DNA of 64,000 bases from Phyllobates terribilis (taxonomy: Eukaryota), in contig NW_027362768.1 of assembly GCF_046119375.1 (NCBI RefSeq), forward strand, positions 23,622,001 through 23,686,000, given 5' to 3'. Below, in pieces: positions 1 through 13,139 of the stretch (positions within the stretch are counted from its first letter, which is position 1; each line of letters begins with the position of its first letter). A program made the position numbers and the translations under genes. The notes beneath the pieces are model-generated. The model made no database searches. It was not told the DNA's origin and was given only the letters and a program-made list of their open reading frames with translations.

Positions 1-465
1 TACCCATCCGAGTTCCAGTACCGTCAGCTGGTTCTCGGCAGTATCTTTGGCACGGGTACTCCCTCTTGCCCAGCCTGGTTACAGCACGCCAGCTGTTTCC
101 GGGTAGTGTCAACGTCACTTTGCCTCCAATGCGTTGTCCTGTCATGTTGCGGTCGGGTTAGCCGACTCTATGGTGCCTGCAGTTTAAGTGACTCCTATGT
201 GGGCTGAGGGATCTGGCAATGAAGGCTGGTTCCATAGTGCCAATAAGACAAGCACCCCCTGTAGGTACCTCCTGCTTAGTAACTGAGTTCCAGTACCGTC
301 AGCTCGTCCTCGGTAGTTCCATTGGCTCTTGTACCTTCTGCTACCCATCCGGGTTCCAGTACCATCAGCTGGTTCTCGGCAGTTCCTCAGCCTTCTTGTA
401 CCTTCTGCTACATTTCCAAGTTCAAGCTTTTTGAAATGGTTCTTGGTAATCACTCTGGATCTCCC

Positions 466-960
466 TGACGAGGACCCTGAAGACGCGGACCCTGAAGACC
501 ACCCCGAAGAAGACGAGGACCCCGAAGACGAGGACCCTGAAGACGAGGACCCTGAAGACCACCCCGAAGAAGATGAGGACCCCGAAGACGACGACCCTGA
601 AGACCACCCCGAAGAAGATGAGGACCCCGAAGACGAGGACCCTGAAGACCACCCCGAAGAAGACGAGGACCCCGAAGACGAGGACCCTGAAGACCACCCC
701 GAAGAAGACGAGGACTCCGAAGACGACCCTGAAGACGACGACCCTGAAGACCACCCCGAAGAAGACGACGACCCCGAAGACGACGACCCTGAAGACGAGG
801 ACCCTGAAGACGACGACCCTGAAGACCACCCCGAAGAAGACGAGGACCCCGAAGACGAGGACCCTGAAGACGAGGACCCTGAAGACCACCCCAAAGAAGA
901 CGAGGACCCCGAAGACGACGACCCTGAAGACGACGACCCTGAAGACTACCCCGAAGAAGA
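466..960 (+). repeat. Purine-rich triplet-built minisatellite (GAAGACGAGGACCCT / GAAGACCACCCC units)
   Basis: Tandem 12-15 bp units seen directly; they read as PEDED/PEDHPEE in one frame. Confidence 0.9.
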
Positions 961-1324
961 CCAAGAAGATGACCCTGAAGAAGATGACCAAGAGGACAAA
1001 GAGCAAGAAGACAACCACCAAGGTACAGAAGAACAAGAGACAGAAAACCAAGAAGCAGAAGTACAAGAAGCTGCAGAAAAAAAGCGGAAGAACAATAAGC
1101 ATAAGACTAAAAATCAGAGCAAAAGATATTATCTAAATTATAAGCAGAAGATGACTAAGCAGTGTATGGGGGTGAGTCCGTTCCTCCTCGTGTTGCCCCT
1201 GGAAAAGACCTGCTGCTGCAGGCCAAACTGAACGCGGACAAATCCTGTTGTAAATCTTTTGTGATGGGCAGAACGAAAGGTGTAATGTTCAAACTTTTAT
1301 AGATAACAACTACAGGAATGCCTG

Positions 1325-1560
1325 TCACAAATAAGAATATGATGAATAAGAAGAATATGAAGAAGATGAAGAAGTAAAATATGTAGAAGAATAATAGTTG
1401 AATAAGAAGAATATGAAGAATGTAAAAAAAAAGAATAATACGAAGAAGGTGAAGAAGATGAAGAAGGTGAAGAAGTTAATGAAAAAGATACTGATGCTGA
1501 GGATGATGAAGGAGAAAGTGTGGGAGAAGTAAAAAAAGAAGGTGAAGAGCATGGAAGTAG
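1325..1560 (+). repeat. Degenerate (GAA/GAT)n low-complexity tract
   Basis: Runs of gaagaagatgaag seen directly. Confidence 0.8.
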
Positions 1561-2047
1561 TGAAACATAAATATCTGATAAAATATAAAAAAACTTAACA
1601 TAGTCAATATTTCCGTAACTCAGAACGTCTTAAAAAAATATTAATTCCTACTATTCCATTTGATTGGGCTAAACCTCTATGCCTTTATTGCCTCCCCCAC
1701 ATCCCCCAATACATTCTACATTATTCTTAGTTGTTTTCCTTCATGTAGAATTAACCTACAAGGAAAGAAAGGGTTTATTTTTATTCCTATATTTGTGTCC
1801 CATTGACTTGCATTGGTTTCCGGTATCGGAATCGGCGATATCCGATACTTTTTGGGTATCGGTCCGATCCAATCCGATCCAATATTTCCCGATATCGGAA
1901 GGTATCGCTCAACACTAGTCACGAACCCTTTTTTTATTAACCCCCACAATTGATAAAGACTGGCGCATGCCCCCGGTCGGACCATACCAGCACTCGGACT
2001 GCCTTGCATCAGTACCGTGACCGCAGTGACCCGGCCGCGGCAGCACA

Positions 2048-3575
2048 TTGGCACCTTTGAAATTGTTCCAGAAAATGAAGTATTTCTCCCAGAATATTAT
2101 TGCTGTTACACATTGTTATACACATGTTTATTTTCTTTGTATGTATTGGAACAAAACAAAAAAACAGAAAAAAGGCAAATTGGACACATTTCACACATTT
2201 CACACAAACCCCGAAAATGGGCTAGACAAAATTGTTGGCACCTTTCCAAATTTGTGGGTAAACAACTTTGTTTCAAGCTCGTTCAAACTCACCTGTGGCA
2301 AGAAACAGGTTTGGGCAAAATGAGAATCACACCTGAAACCAGATAAAAAGGAGAGAAGATGACTCAATCTTTGCATTGTGTGTAGGTATGTGCCACACTA
2401 AGCATGGAGAACTGTCTGAGGACTTGAGAACCAAAATTGTTGAACAATATCAACAATCTCTATTTCACAAGTCCATTTCCAGAGATCTTGATGTTCCTTT
2501 GTCCACAGTGCGTAACATAATCAAGATGTTTACAACCCATGGCACTGTAGCTAATCTCCCTGGACGTAGTCGTCAGAGAAAAATTGATGAAAGGTTGCAA
2601 TGCAGCACAGTCTAGATGGTGGATAAGAAGCCCCAATCAAGTTCCAAAGAAATTCAAGCTGTCCTGCAGGCTCAGGGTGCATCAGTGTCAGCGCAAACTA
2701 TCTCGACATTTGATTGAGAAGAAATGCCATAGCAGGAGAACCAGGAAGACCCCACTGCTAACACAGAGACTTAAAAAAGCTAGACTGCAGTTTTACAAAA
2801 TGTACGTGAGTACTCCAAAATCCTTCTGGGAAAGCGTCTTGTGGACAGATGAGACCAAGATAGAGGTTTTTGGTAAACCACATCATTCTACTGTTTACCG
2901 AAAATGGAATACGGCCTACAAAGAAAAAAACAGTTCCCACAGTCAAATATGGTGGAGGTTCAAAGATGTTTTAGGGCTGTTTTGCTGCTTCTGGCACTGT
3001 GTGCCTTGACTGTGTGCAAGGCATTGGGAAATCTGAAGATTACTAAAGGATTTTGGGTCACGATGTAGTGCCCAATGCCAGAAAGTTGGGTTTGTGTCCT
3101 AGGTCATAGGTCTTTCAGGATGGAAACAAAGCACTGGAGAGTTCTGAAGTGGCCAGCAATGAGTCCCAATCTACATCCCATTGAACATCTGTGGAGTGAT
3201 CTTAAAATTGCAGTTGGCAGAAGGCACCATTTAAATTAGATATCTGGAGCAGTTTGCAAAAATTCCAATTGAGAGCTATAACAAGCTTGTTGATCGTTAT
3301 AGGAAGAGATTGATTGTAGTTATTTATTCCAAAAGGTGTGCAACCAAGTATTAATTTGAGGGTTCCAACAGTTTTGTCAGGCCCATTTTCGGGGTTTTGT
3401 GTGAAATGATGTCCAATTTGCCTTTTTTTCTCAGTTTTTTTTTGCATTGTTCCAATACACACAAAGGAAATAAACATGTGTCTCACAAAACACATGTAGT
3501 TGCAATAATTTTCTGGGAGAAATACTTCATTTTCTGGAACAATTTCAAGGGTGCCAACACTTTTGGTCATGACTG
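2048..3575 (+). mobile_element. Tc1-family DNA transposon with long (about 200 bp) TIRs; outer end of left TIR lost
   Basis: 2048-2240 is the inverted copy of about 3365-3575 (ttggcacc-ttgaaattgttccagaaaatgaagtattt). The right end ...CATGACTG is followed by TA. Confidence 0.9.
2404..3354 (+). pseudogene. Tc1 DD34E transposase, disrupted
   Basis: Fragments ELSEDLRTKIVEQYQQ, TPLLTQR, VLWTDETKIE, WPAMSP-LHPIEHLW and ATKY*, with several frameshifts and stops. Confidence 0.9.
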
Positions 3576-4269
3576 TATTTATAAAAAACTATTTTTTAAA
3601 AATGTTTTATTATTTAGTTTAGTTTAGTTCAGAAGACTTTTATTGCTTGTTCTATATATTGCAATGCAGTATATAGTGTAAATGATGGTTTTCTATGAAG
3701 TGCCAGACTTGGTATCAGTACCAAGATGGCAGCCAGAGTATCAAAAAGACAGCCAAGGGGCATTTCATTAGGACTCCTGCTGCCATAATAACCTACCTGC
3801 ACCCCAAATGCATAGAGAAAGAATAATATTCAGATCACCTGCACCTGGTTGGTCGCAAGGCTGCTTGCTAGGCAGTAGACCAGTAGAAGGAAGAGACTGG
3901 AGGCAATGTCCAAAATTAATTAAAACCTGAAATGCATTTCCTCAAGTTTAAAACATGTAAGCAGTAATATTCCATATACAGGGTACAGAAGTATTGGTTA
4001 CATGTTTCAGGCAAAACTGGCCCTTAATTATAGCATCAAAAACAAATATACAAAATTTAAAAACCTTTCAAAAGGAAGTATCATAGTACAAATTGATAAA
4101 TTCATTAATTTCACCTGATAGGTGTTATTAAACCGCAATGATCAGAGCTAGCCAGTCGTCAACTGCTGCCTGTGGAGCGGGCTCAGCTACAGAGCCTGCT
4201 CCATACATGCAGACTCCAGTTCAGATGTATATTTACATTCACTTGGGCCAAATTTAATCTGCAGCATAA

Positions 4270-4660
4270 AAATGACCCCAAATATGCAGCCAATGTCATA
4301 AAGAACTATCTTCATCAGTACAAGGAGTCCTGGAAGTGATGATATGGCCCCCATATAGTCCTGATCTCAAAATCATCAAGTCTTTCTGGGGTTATGTGAA
4401 GAGACAGGAGTATTTGAGCAAGCTTACGTCCACAGAAGATCTGTGGTTGGTTCTCCAAGATGTTTGGAACAACCTCTATGCCGACATCCTTCAAAAACTG
4501 TGTGCAAGTGTACCAAGAAGAAGGGTGGTCACACCAGATTTAAATTTCTATTTTGTTCGTTCACTTAGCATTTTGTTAATTGAGAAAAATAAACTATTAA
4601 CATTTCTGTTTTGGAAAACATTCTTACTGTGCAGCATTTTTTTCCACCCCTGCCTAAAAC
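4270..4660 (+). mobile_element. Tc1 transposase C-terminal fragment with right-end remnant
   Basis: WPPYSPDLKIIKSFW matches the Tc1 WPxxSPDLNxIE motif. Confidence 0.7.
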
Positions 4661-5439
4661 TTTTAGTATGGTATTTCTGGCTTTGTTTAATCATTTACTA
4701 TGTATGTACTCTGTACATTATAATGACTGCTGTTGTTGACAGCTTTGTTTACTAGTTTATTACACAAATAAAATAAGAATTGAAGGGTTGAAATTGAATT
4801 TTCTTCTTACCCTCTTACAAAGACAGACTGGACCTTCAATTTGTGAGCTTTCAGCTCCCCCATCTGGAATTATGCACTTGTTTATGTTTGACTGTCTGCT
4901 TATTTTCAACTATATAATCTGTATATACTGTATCAGTCAGGAGTTAAAGGGCTGGTCCACTACTTGGACAGCCTCTTCTGTATCCTTATTTTTTCTCCTT
5001 GTAAAATAATAAGACTTGTACTCACTTCTGGTGCTGATGCCGTTCCAGCTATATCACAACTGGCTCTCCAGGGGCTCGCATGACATTGTTATTCACTCTT
5101 CACATTGGATTAGTGAAAAAATGATAAAACAAGGATGGAACACTGAAGTAAAATGGATCAGTAGTGTAGCTACCGGAATAAGGCAGAACGGGCGGTTGCC
5201 CAGGGCCTCAAGCTCAGAGGGGAGATTTGCTACCCCTAACTGTATTGGCATGGAATGCACACCAATACAGTTAAGCCCTGCGGAAGAGCAGGGAGACACA
5301 ATCTCCCTGCACTACTGCTCTCTGCACTCTGTAGACCACAGGTCGTTTTAAGCCCACAGAACGGCCAAGGCACCGGCACGTCAGAGTCACGCGCGGTGAT
5401 AGCATTGAACCGCATCGGGACTCTGATGTGGATGCTATG

Positions 5440-6020
5440 TTAGAGTTTGCGAGCTAATGCGGGGGCCATTATACAGTTTAGGGGCTAATGTGGGGGCCAT
5501 AATACAGTTTGGGAGCTAATGTGGGGGCCATTATACTGTTTAGGGGCTAATGTGGGGACCATTATACGGTTTAGTGGCTAATGCAGGGGAAATGATACAG
5601 TCTGATGGCTACTGTGGGGGTCATTATAATGTGTTTTGGGGGAACTGTTGAGATGTCAGTGTAGCGAAGCTGTGGGCCCATTATACTGTGTAGTGGGCAG
5701 TTGTGGAAACATCATATTGTGTATAGAGGAACTGTTAGTGCATTATACTGTGTATAAGGGAGCTGTGGGTCCATCATAAAGTATATAGAGGAGCTGTACA
5801 TTGAGGAACTCAGGGGACATTATTAGATGTTAAGTGGGTGCTTTAGAAGCATTATTGTTATGGGGCACTCAGAGTACTGTGAGCATCAAAGGTACGCAGG
5901 GGCATTATTATTTTCTAGGGACAAAATGTGGACACTGTTTTCGAGGGCACTTGCACTTGCACCAACTAGAGGGCACAAAGGAGGCATTATTACTGTGTAT
6001 GGGGCACAGTGGACTGCAGG
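5440..6020 (+). repeat. About 31-bp minisatellite (GGGGGCCATTATACAGTTTAGGGGCTAATGT), degenerating rightwards
   Basis: Unit starts at 5461 and 5492, spaced 31 bp. Confidence 0.75.
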
Positions 6021-6021
6021 A

Positions 6022-6288
6022 GGGACTGGTGCACTTCACAAAATAGATGGCATCATGAGAAAAGAAGATTATGTGCCAATACTGAAGCAACATCTCAAGA
6101 CATCAGCCAGGAAGTTAAACATTGGGTGGAAATGGGTATTCCAAATGGACAATGACCAGAAGCATACTGTCAAAATGGTGACAAAGAGGCTTAAGGATAA
6201 CAAAGTCAATGTTCTGGAGTGGCCATCACAAAACCCTGATCTCAATCCTATTGAAAATTTATGGGCAAAGCTGAAAAGGCAGGTGTAA
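6022..6288 (+). mobile_element. Sleeping Beauty-like Tc1 transposase fragment
   Basis: GTGALHKIDGIMRKEDY...VFQMDNDQKH...LEWPSQNPDLNPIENLW. Confidence 0.85.
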
Positions 6289-7055
6289 GCCTCTGGTTTC
6301 AACTGTATACAACGTCGTGTTCACTTTAAGGACCATGTGAGTGCAAGGGGTCGCTTATAGGAACATCTCTGTTTACTTCAGTAGATTCCCCTTTAATGCT
6401 GTAGTCTCTGTAAATCACTAGTGGTTCAGCAAGCCGAGTCTGATGGGCACTGATGCATTCAAGTGCCTGTATTTGCCTGTCTGAGTTTGGCTCCAAACTA
6501 ACTGTGTGTGCGTGCATGCTCCCACCATAATCTTTGCGGTGGGTCTGAGCTCAAGACTTACTGACCTGTGTCTGGTTGCTGTGTTGTTGCAGAGATGAAA
6601 CTGCCTGGGCGATGGCTATTTGACCAAGGGATGCTGAACTCTAACCGGTGTGTGGTACCACAGCTGACTTGCTGGAGGGCCCTTCGGGTGCCTCACGGGT
6701 GTCATAGAGGAGTTACAGGGGAAAAAGAGGCCTTTTGTGATTAGTATTACAGGCAAGAATATTCTCAATGTCTAAGTAGATTACAAATAAAATAGAACAG
6801 CAGCTGCAAATTACATGCAAATGGTTAATGGTAGGTGATGGTCAATTGCATATTCCCCATCGCCTCACACTATCCAATAAAAAATTGGATAGCACTTGTC
6901 CAATGTATATGGTGGTGTCAGCGAGCCCTAACACTTGGTCTGTGTACTGTCCACTGTCCACTCGGACCGAAAATATGTTCACTCAAATGTAACGGGATTT
7001 GGGAGTATGACCCGACGGGGCCATAGACTATAATGTGGGCTGACGCAGACGTATG

Positions 7056-7878
7056 TGTAGCGCCCCGAGGGTTCGGCCGCTACAGGGGTATTGCACCTCT
7101 GCCAGAGGTGTGATATTCCACTCCCGGGTAAGGATGGAGTATGGACCAGGGCTCAGGTAGCTGCATACAGCACACACACCCCATTTCCGAGGGACAGCTC
7201 AACAGTGCTCCCATTAGTACAGTAATGCAGGCACGACAGACCATGTCCCTGGCTGGAGTGGGGAGGGGGGAGGAAAACCCAGTGATGTAGGAGTAGGAGG
7301 GGACGGTTCCTGAGCGTAGACACGTTTACCCGCGCAGATCCGCGGCAGCTGGACAAAAGTTGGTCACTGGTGAGGCAGGCCAGAGAAAGGACAAAAAGGG
7401 GGTCCTGAGCCAGACTTCTGAACTGCCTGGGAGTTGACCGAGCCCCACAACTGGTGGACGCAGCACGGCTCGGACAGTCACTACCTGTACAGAAGTGACC
7501 CGGAGCACATGAACTGTGAGTAAAAGACATTGGATTGCAGTACGTTGTCTGTGTACTTTCTCGCTTCTCCAGCACTACCGGTACTGGGACTCCCTGCACC
7601 ATCACCCCCATCATCCATTGCACAACCCTGGGGCTACACTCTTCCCGTGGGGAGTTAAACAACCTCAGCTGCGTACACCATCAGCCTCAGGGGATTACCT
7701 TGCAGCGGCGGTTCATAATAACCGCAATCCACGGGTGGCGTAATCGGACAACATGAACAGCACATAGCAGACTACCATTGGCCTGACCACCCTGAGCCAC
7801 GGAACCGGGTTGCCACTACTACCCCCATCGTCTCCTGTTGCCCGGCTCCGAGTGCCCCACGGCCCAGGGGGCGAGTCA
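7056..7878 (+). mobile_element. Solo Gypsy LTR related to the LTRs of the CSD element at 21801
   Basis: TG...CA ends (TGTAGCG...GGGGGCGAGTCA) and a 4-bp TSD TATG on both sides. The first ~90 bp resemble the LTR at 21801. Confidence 0.92.
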
Positions 7879-8140
7879 TATGCTCTGTCGTTTTTGGGTG
7901 TGTACGCCTACTGGAGGCAGACACTCATACATCGTAGATTTCGTCTGGGTGTCTGCCTCCAGTAGGCCCAATAGGCCCAAAAATGATGCACGTCAGAGCG
8001 CATGTTCAATCAGCTAGCACCATTATCATCTATGGCCCCGTCTGCACATACGTCCAAATTCCGTTTTGCGGTGGGTTCAGATGCAAACCTCAAAGGGACC
8101 CATGAACGTGAAGATAAATGCAATATGAAAGCACCCTTAA

Positions 8141-9424
8141 AGGAAGCCTGTCACCTTGGAAAATGCTATTTACCTATAGATATAGGGTTAATCTGCAAGT
8201 AAATATTGTTAAACTACTTCCTGGCCGCCTTATTGAAAGTGTAGCTACCAGGAGAAAATTAATTTATTTCCTACTAAGATGCGTCCTCTTTAAGTCACAG
8301 AGGCGTGCACAGAGCGGCTACAGGCACAGAGCGGCTACAGGCACAGAGCGGCTACAGGCACAGAGGGGCTACAGGCACAGAGGGGCTACAGGCACAGAGG
8401 GGCTACAGGCACAGAGCGGCTTCAGGCACAGAGCGGCTACAGGCACAGAGGGGCTACAGGCACAGAGGGGCTACAGGCACAGAGCGGCTACAGGCACAGA
8501 GGGGCTACAGGCACAGAGTGGCTACAGGCACAGAGGGGCTACAGGCACAGAGGGGCTACAGGCACAGAGGGGCTACAGGCACAGAGCGGCTTCAGGCACA
8601 GAGCGGCTACAGGCACAGAGGGGCTACAGGCACAGAGGGGCTACAGGCACAGAGGGGCTACAGGCACAGAGCGGCTTCAGGCACAGAGCGGCTACAGGCA
8701 CAGAGCGGCTACAGGCATAGCTCACAGGATTTGTTCACAAGACTGTATTTATCGGTCCAAGTGCTGTCCGTGAAAAACCAGACAGTACTCGGACCAATGT
8801 TGTTTCTTCCATAAATTGAATGACATTCAAATCTATGGGTGTGCAAAATAAAAAAAAGGATGTCATACGGAGCCACAGTATAGCATCTGTTTTTTTACAG
8901 ATACACTGCAATTCTTTATCACAGGAAACTGTAAATGGTCCTGTAAATTATTAATAACTGCTACTGTAAAAAAAAAACGTATTGCACACGGATTGGACAC
9001 AGTTGACAAGTGAGAACAAAATTGTCTGAGTTTTCTGGATGAAATGCTGAGAATTGTTTACACGCTCGTGTGAACTTAGCCTACTGCTCACTGTACTGTG
9101 AGCGGTGGCTGTAAGCATGCCTTGGCACTTTAATTGACAGCTTGCTCTGCACAAATGCATTCCAGAATGAGCTGTCAATCACAGTGTCGGGGTGTGCTTA
9201 TAGCCGCTGCTCACAGTATAGTGAGCAATGCTGTAACCAGTTACTATAGCTGCTCCATTCACACCCCATGACTGAAAGCCGGCGGCTGCCAGGAAGAAAT
9301 AAGTTAATTTTTTCCCATTGGTGGCACTTTCAGTGAGACAGTAGGCAGTATTGTAATGCTATTTACCTGCAGATTAACCCTATATCTGCAGGTAAATAGC
9401 ATCTTCGGTGGTGGCTGGTTCCCT
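8141..9424. mobile_element. T2/Kolobok-type MITE
   Basis: TTAA flanks, termini AGGAAGCCTGTCACC and GGTGGCTGGTTCCCT, and inverted subterminal GCTATTTACCT...GATTAACCCTATATCT blocks. Confidence 0.75.
8307..8717 (+). repeat. 17-bp minisatellite (GCACAGAGSGGCTACAG), about 24 copies
   Basis: Uninterrupted tandem units with no spacers. Confidence 0.95.
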
Positions 9425-11423
9425 TTAACTGGAAGATTACAGACATCTCTACACCCTTTTAAAACTTTGTGTATCATTAGGTCAAATCAACAGGAAGCTT
9501 TGCAACATTTTACAAAACACTAAACCTATGTGTAACTTGATGTTGAAGCTATTGCTAAAGTCTAACAAAGAAGATGTAAGGAAGGTGGGTGAAGTTAGAA
9601 GAATGTAGCACTGAATATATCCACATCGGTGTGAATTTTAGACTGGGAAATCTGGAATGGAAAGAGTTAAAATAACATACTAATGTGATCAATGAGCTAA
9701 GTAACCAATATCTATCTGCAGACCATCCATACTTGTTGTACAACACATGACTCATACTTGCTGTTTTTACTGTGACATTTATGTGTATCAACACTCGGCA
9801 TACATCTTATAAGTGTAGACTGAAAAGCATTACTGACTAAAAGACATAGAGAGACACATGCCAGGATCTGGCTTTAGCTCTGGCACTTTCTCTATACATG
9901 TACTTAGCTAAAAGACTTATCATAAAGATCTGCCTTAGTTTTATCTCTCCCTATGTGACATAAAAATTAAACTTCACAAAGAGGAAGGTAGTCAGGCATT
10001 ATGGGCCACATGCGGTTTCTTCAGGAAGCGAAGCTGCTAAGGGAGGAAATGACAACACATTTAAATTACTGGGACACTGATATAAACATCTGCAATATTT
10101 TTATGCTTGTAGAGTTTGCTAAAAAGGTTTCCAAATAAAAGCAGGGTTTAGCTATAGGTGGTGCAGAGGTAGCAGTTGTAGGCAGGTCAGATGCCTAGGG
10201 TTGCCCAAGGGTCAGGCTACCAGATAAGAAGACATGATTGAAAAAACCATCATCTGGTCCCAGGGGCGGACATATCGTGGGCCCAGAGGTGAAGGAGGGC
10301 CCGTCAGCACCTGTGACTATTTCAGCTGGATGCGTGTCCAAGGACGCACATTTAGCTGAAATGTATTGCGGCGTAGGGAACCCGTTGACTCCCTGCACTG
10401 CAATATACACGCCGCCAGCCAATCAGAGGACGGCAACTGATGTCAGCGTGCCCATGACTGGGGGAACATGGCAGTGACGCCATGCCCCATGGCAGGGATA
10501 CCGAAGTCAGCTGCCGGATCCCGCGCCGGCTGTAGAAGAGGAAACCACGTGGCGTAGGAGCGTGAGGGAAGTGAGTAGTATTGTTTGTTTTTAATGTATG
10601 GATGGAGCACATTGTACCAGGATGGGACCAATTATACCTGGAAGGGGACCAGGATGGGGGACATTATAGTAAGAAGGTGACTAGGATGGGAGACATAATC
10701 TCAGGAAGGGGCCCAATATGGGAGACATTGTTACTGGAAAGTGCCTCCCTTATTATGCACCATCCTCTCTGGCAAATAAATATAAGGTAGAATAAAAACA
10801 TAATGCATAGCCACACTGCAGTAAGTAAATACATGGTTACACGTAAAAAACATGGGGTACATAGTTAATATTTTTTTTGTCAAAATGGCTGCAGCATACA
10901 TGTGCACCTACATACAATATTATGCTTATACTAACAGGTGGCCCTTGTTTTTGGTTTTGATTTAGTTTTTTGGACTCAGTACATTTGGGATGTGGTTCTC
11001 CCTTGAGCTGTGCACCTTTATCTACTCAGTTTTCCATAGGTAGATTTGAAACATTTTCAGGCACTGGTCCTGCTTTGCCTTCCGTTTATTTTGAGGATGG
11101 CCCCAGGATGGGCAACATCATACCTCTCAACTTTTGAAGAACAGAAAGAAGGTGAGATCATGCAGCGCGCATCGATTCATGGGACTCTGGTCCAGGGTCC
11201 AGGTCAGTGCTACCTGGCGGCTGGAGGGAGGTCTGCAAATCTCCGGCGTTCCTGCAGCAGCTTTTGATTAGCCATGGCAGCCGGACGTCATCTGTGCGCC
11301 CTGTTCATCTGTAGTTGGGACCTGTGGATTTATTTTTGGTTCATTCATTCACGGTTGGAGCTGCCAGAACTTTCTCATCTTTATGTAGCTTCACTATATG
11401 ATATCTGGCTTTTTGATGTCTTA

Positions 11424-11775
11424 GTCCGTGTTCACACGTAGCATATAACAATCTTCTCTGATTATTGCTGAATTTTTTTATACATTTTGTGAAGCCGCGT
11501 GTTTAATGTGTTTTATTATAGTACAGAAAAACTTTGATTCTACACTTAAAAAAGTATCTGCAATTTTTTACATGTGTTTTTTTTAGACTCCACATAAAAG
11601 CCTCCAGAGGAAAAAAAGCACGAAAATCACACAGTTCAGCAGCGTCTTTAGACGCACAGTGGGCACAGTTTTCATGAAATCACATCCACTTTATTTGGAC
11701 AGTTAAACAGCAGAATTTCTGTGCAAGAAAAGAGGCAGAAAATACGCAGTATTTACATTACATGTGAACATGGTC
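11424..11775. mobile_element. Short MITE (G-CC-TGTTCACA termini, Harbinger-like)
   Basis: GTCCGTGTTCACAC at left and TGTGAACATGGTC at right, flanked by TA. Confidence 0.55.
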
Positions 11776-12269
11776 TACATGTCTGTTAGAACCGTCCTGT
11801 TTGTTTTTTCCATCTTGTGTTTTGCGGTCACGTGACCATCTGCCTTTATATTCCAGCTCCGCCCTTTTGGCTGTGCTGGACTTCAGTGTTTGACTGTTTC
11901 TCTAGCCAGGTGCTTCTGTGCCTTTCTCTGTCAGTTCGTTTGGTCCTTCTGGGACCTCTAGTACTTTTTTTTTGTCTGTTTCTCTTTTTGTGTTCTGCAA
12001 AAACTTCTCTGTTTAGGAGGTGTCCCATTTTTGTCCCCGTCCTTAGTTCTTTTAGGGACCCCTCCCCTTATGCTATTGGTCTTCATTCAGACTAGCCGAG
12101 GACTAAGCGGGTCTGTTCGCTAGGAACAGGCAGCCCGCTTCATCGTAAGGTTTCAGCTTAGTTTTACTGTAGGGACAGTTTTCCCTTATCTTTCCTTAGT
12201 TCATGTTGCAGATCATAACAGTAAGTCCTGCCCAAAAAAAGCTAAAAGGAAAGAAATTCGGGGATCAGT

Positions 12270-13100
12270 ATGGTTTCCATCCAGGATTTGGCTCAACGCC
12301 TGCAGGGATTGTCTCTGGAGGTGGCCGAACTCCAGCAACATGTGAGTAGCTGTTCTGAAGCGCATTTTGTGGAACCCAAGGTAGGACTGCCTGATGTTTT
12401 TATGGTAAACAGCAAGATTTTTTTCCTTTAAAAATGCTTGTTTGCTATATTTTCGTTTGAGACCAATGTCCTCTGGGAATGAATCACAGCGCATTGGTTT
12501 TATTATGTCACTTTTGCGCAAAGAACCACAGGGGTGGGCCTTTTCTCTCCAACCTAATGATCCATGTTTAAGGTCTGTAGAAGAAATTTTTTCTGCTATG
12601 GGGCTATTATATGATAATAATTGATTGAATCTCATCTGCTGAGGCAGAACTCAGGCATTTGAATCAGGGGTCAGGTGATGTTGAAAATTATTGTACACAC
12701 TTCAGAAGATGGGCCTCAGAAGTTAAATGGAATGATCCAGCTCTGAAATGTCTATTTCTTGCTGGTCTGAGTTAAAGGGTTAAGGATTTGCTAATTGCAT
12801 TCCCCGCACCTGAGACTCTGCAGGATGCCATGCAATTAGCTGTTCGTGTGGATAGGAGACTGAGATTTAGACAGAATGAGGTAAAGACTCCTGTAATGCC
12901 AGGTCCTAGTTCCCAGAAAATCTGTTCTGATGGCGGAGAACTGATGGAGGTTGGGGCGAAGTCGCTCCACTCTCTGGAAAGAGACCGGAGGTTCGCGAGG
13001 AATTGTGTCTTTATTGTGGTAAAGCTGACCATTTGATTAAGTATTGTGAGCTTCGTTTAAGTAAAGAAAAGAAAAGGTCAGTTACGCCCGTATAGCTCGT
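12270..13100 (+). pseudogene. gag: Element A gag, frameshifted
   Basis: MVSIQDLAQRLQ..., FRLRPMSSGNESQRIGFIMSLL...QGWAFSL, LAVRVDRRLR, and a CCHC knuckle CLYCGKADHLIKYC. Confidence 0.8.
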
Positions 13101-13139
13101 TTACGCTCTGCAGGAGTATTTCTTTCTGGGAGTACTACT

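Larger units (their letters stand above)
1..1917. mobile_element. One end of a non-autonomous hAT-like DNA transposon (other end outside the window)
   Basis: Ends in ...GGTATCGCTCAACACTA (revcomp TAGTGTTGAGCGATACC), the same TAGTGxTG-type terminus as the hAT elements at 42229 and 45348, with repeated CCGATAT/ATCGG subterminal motifs at 1820-1905. The internal extent is inferred. Confidence 0.55.

Noticed and set aside
184-1136. Ser/Gly-rich, Val/Phe-rich and Thr/Lys-rich ORFs over the acidic repeat
   Set aside because: These are alternative frames of a stop-free tandem repeat, with no domain evidence.
8118-8814. 200-aa and 169-aa repetitive ORFs; possible CRISPR-like array
   Set aside because: They are translations of a 17-bp minisatellite. 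There are no unique spacers or cas genes, and the context is eukaryotic.
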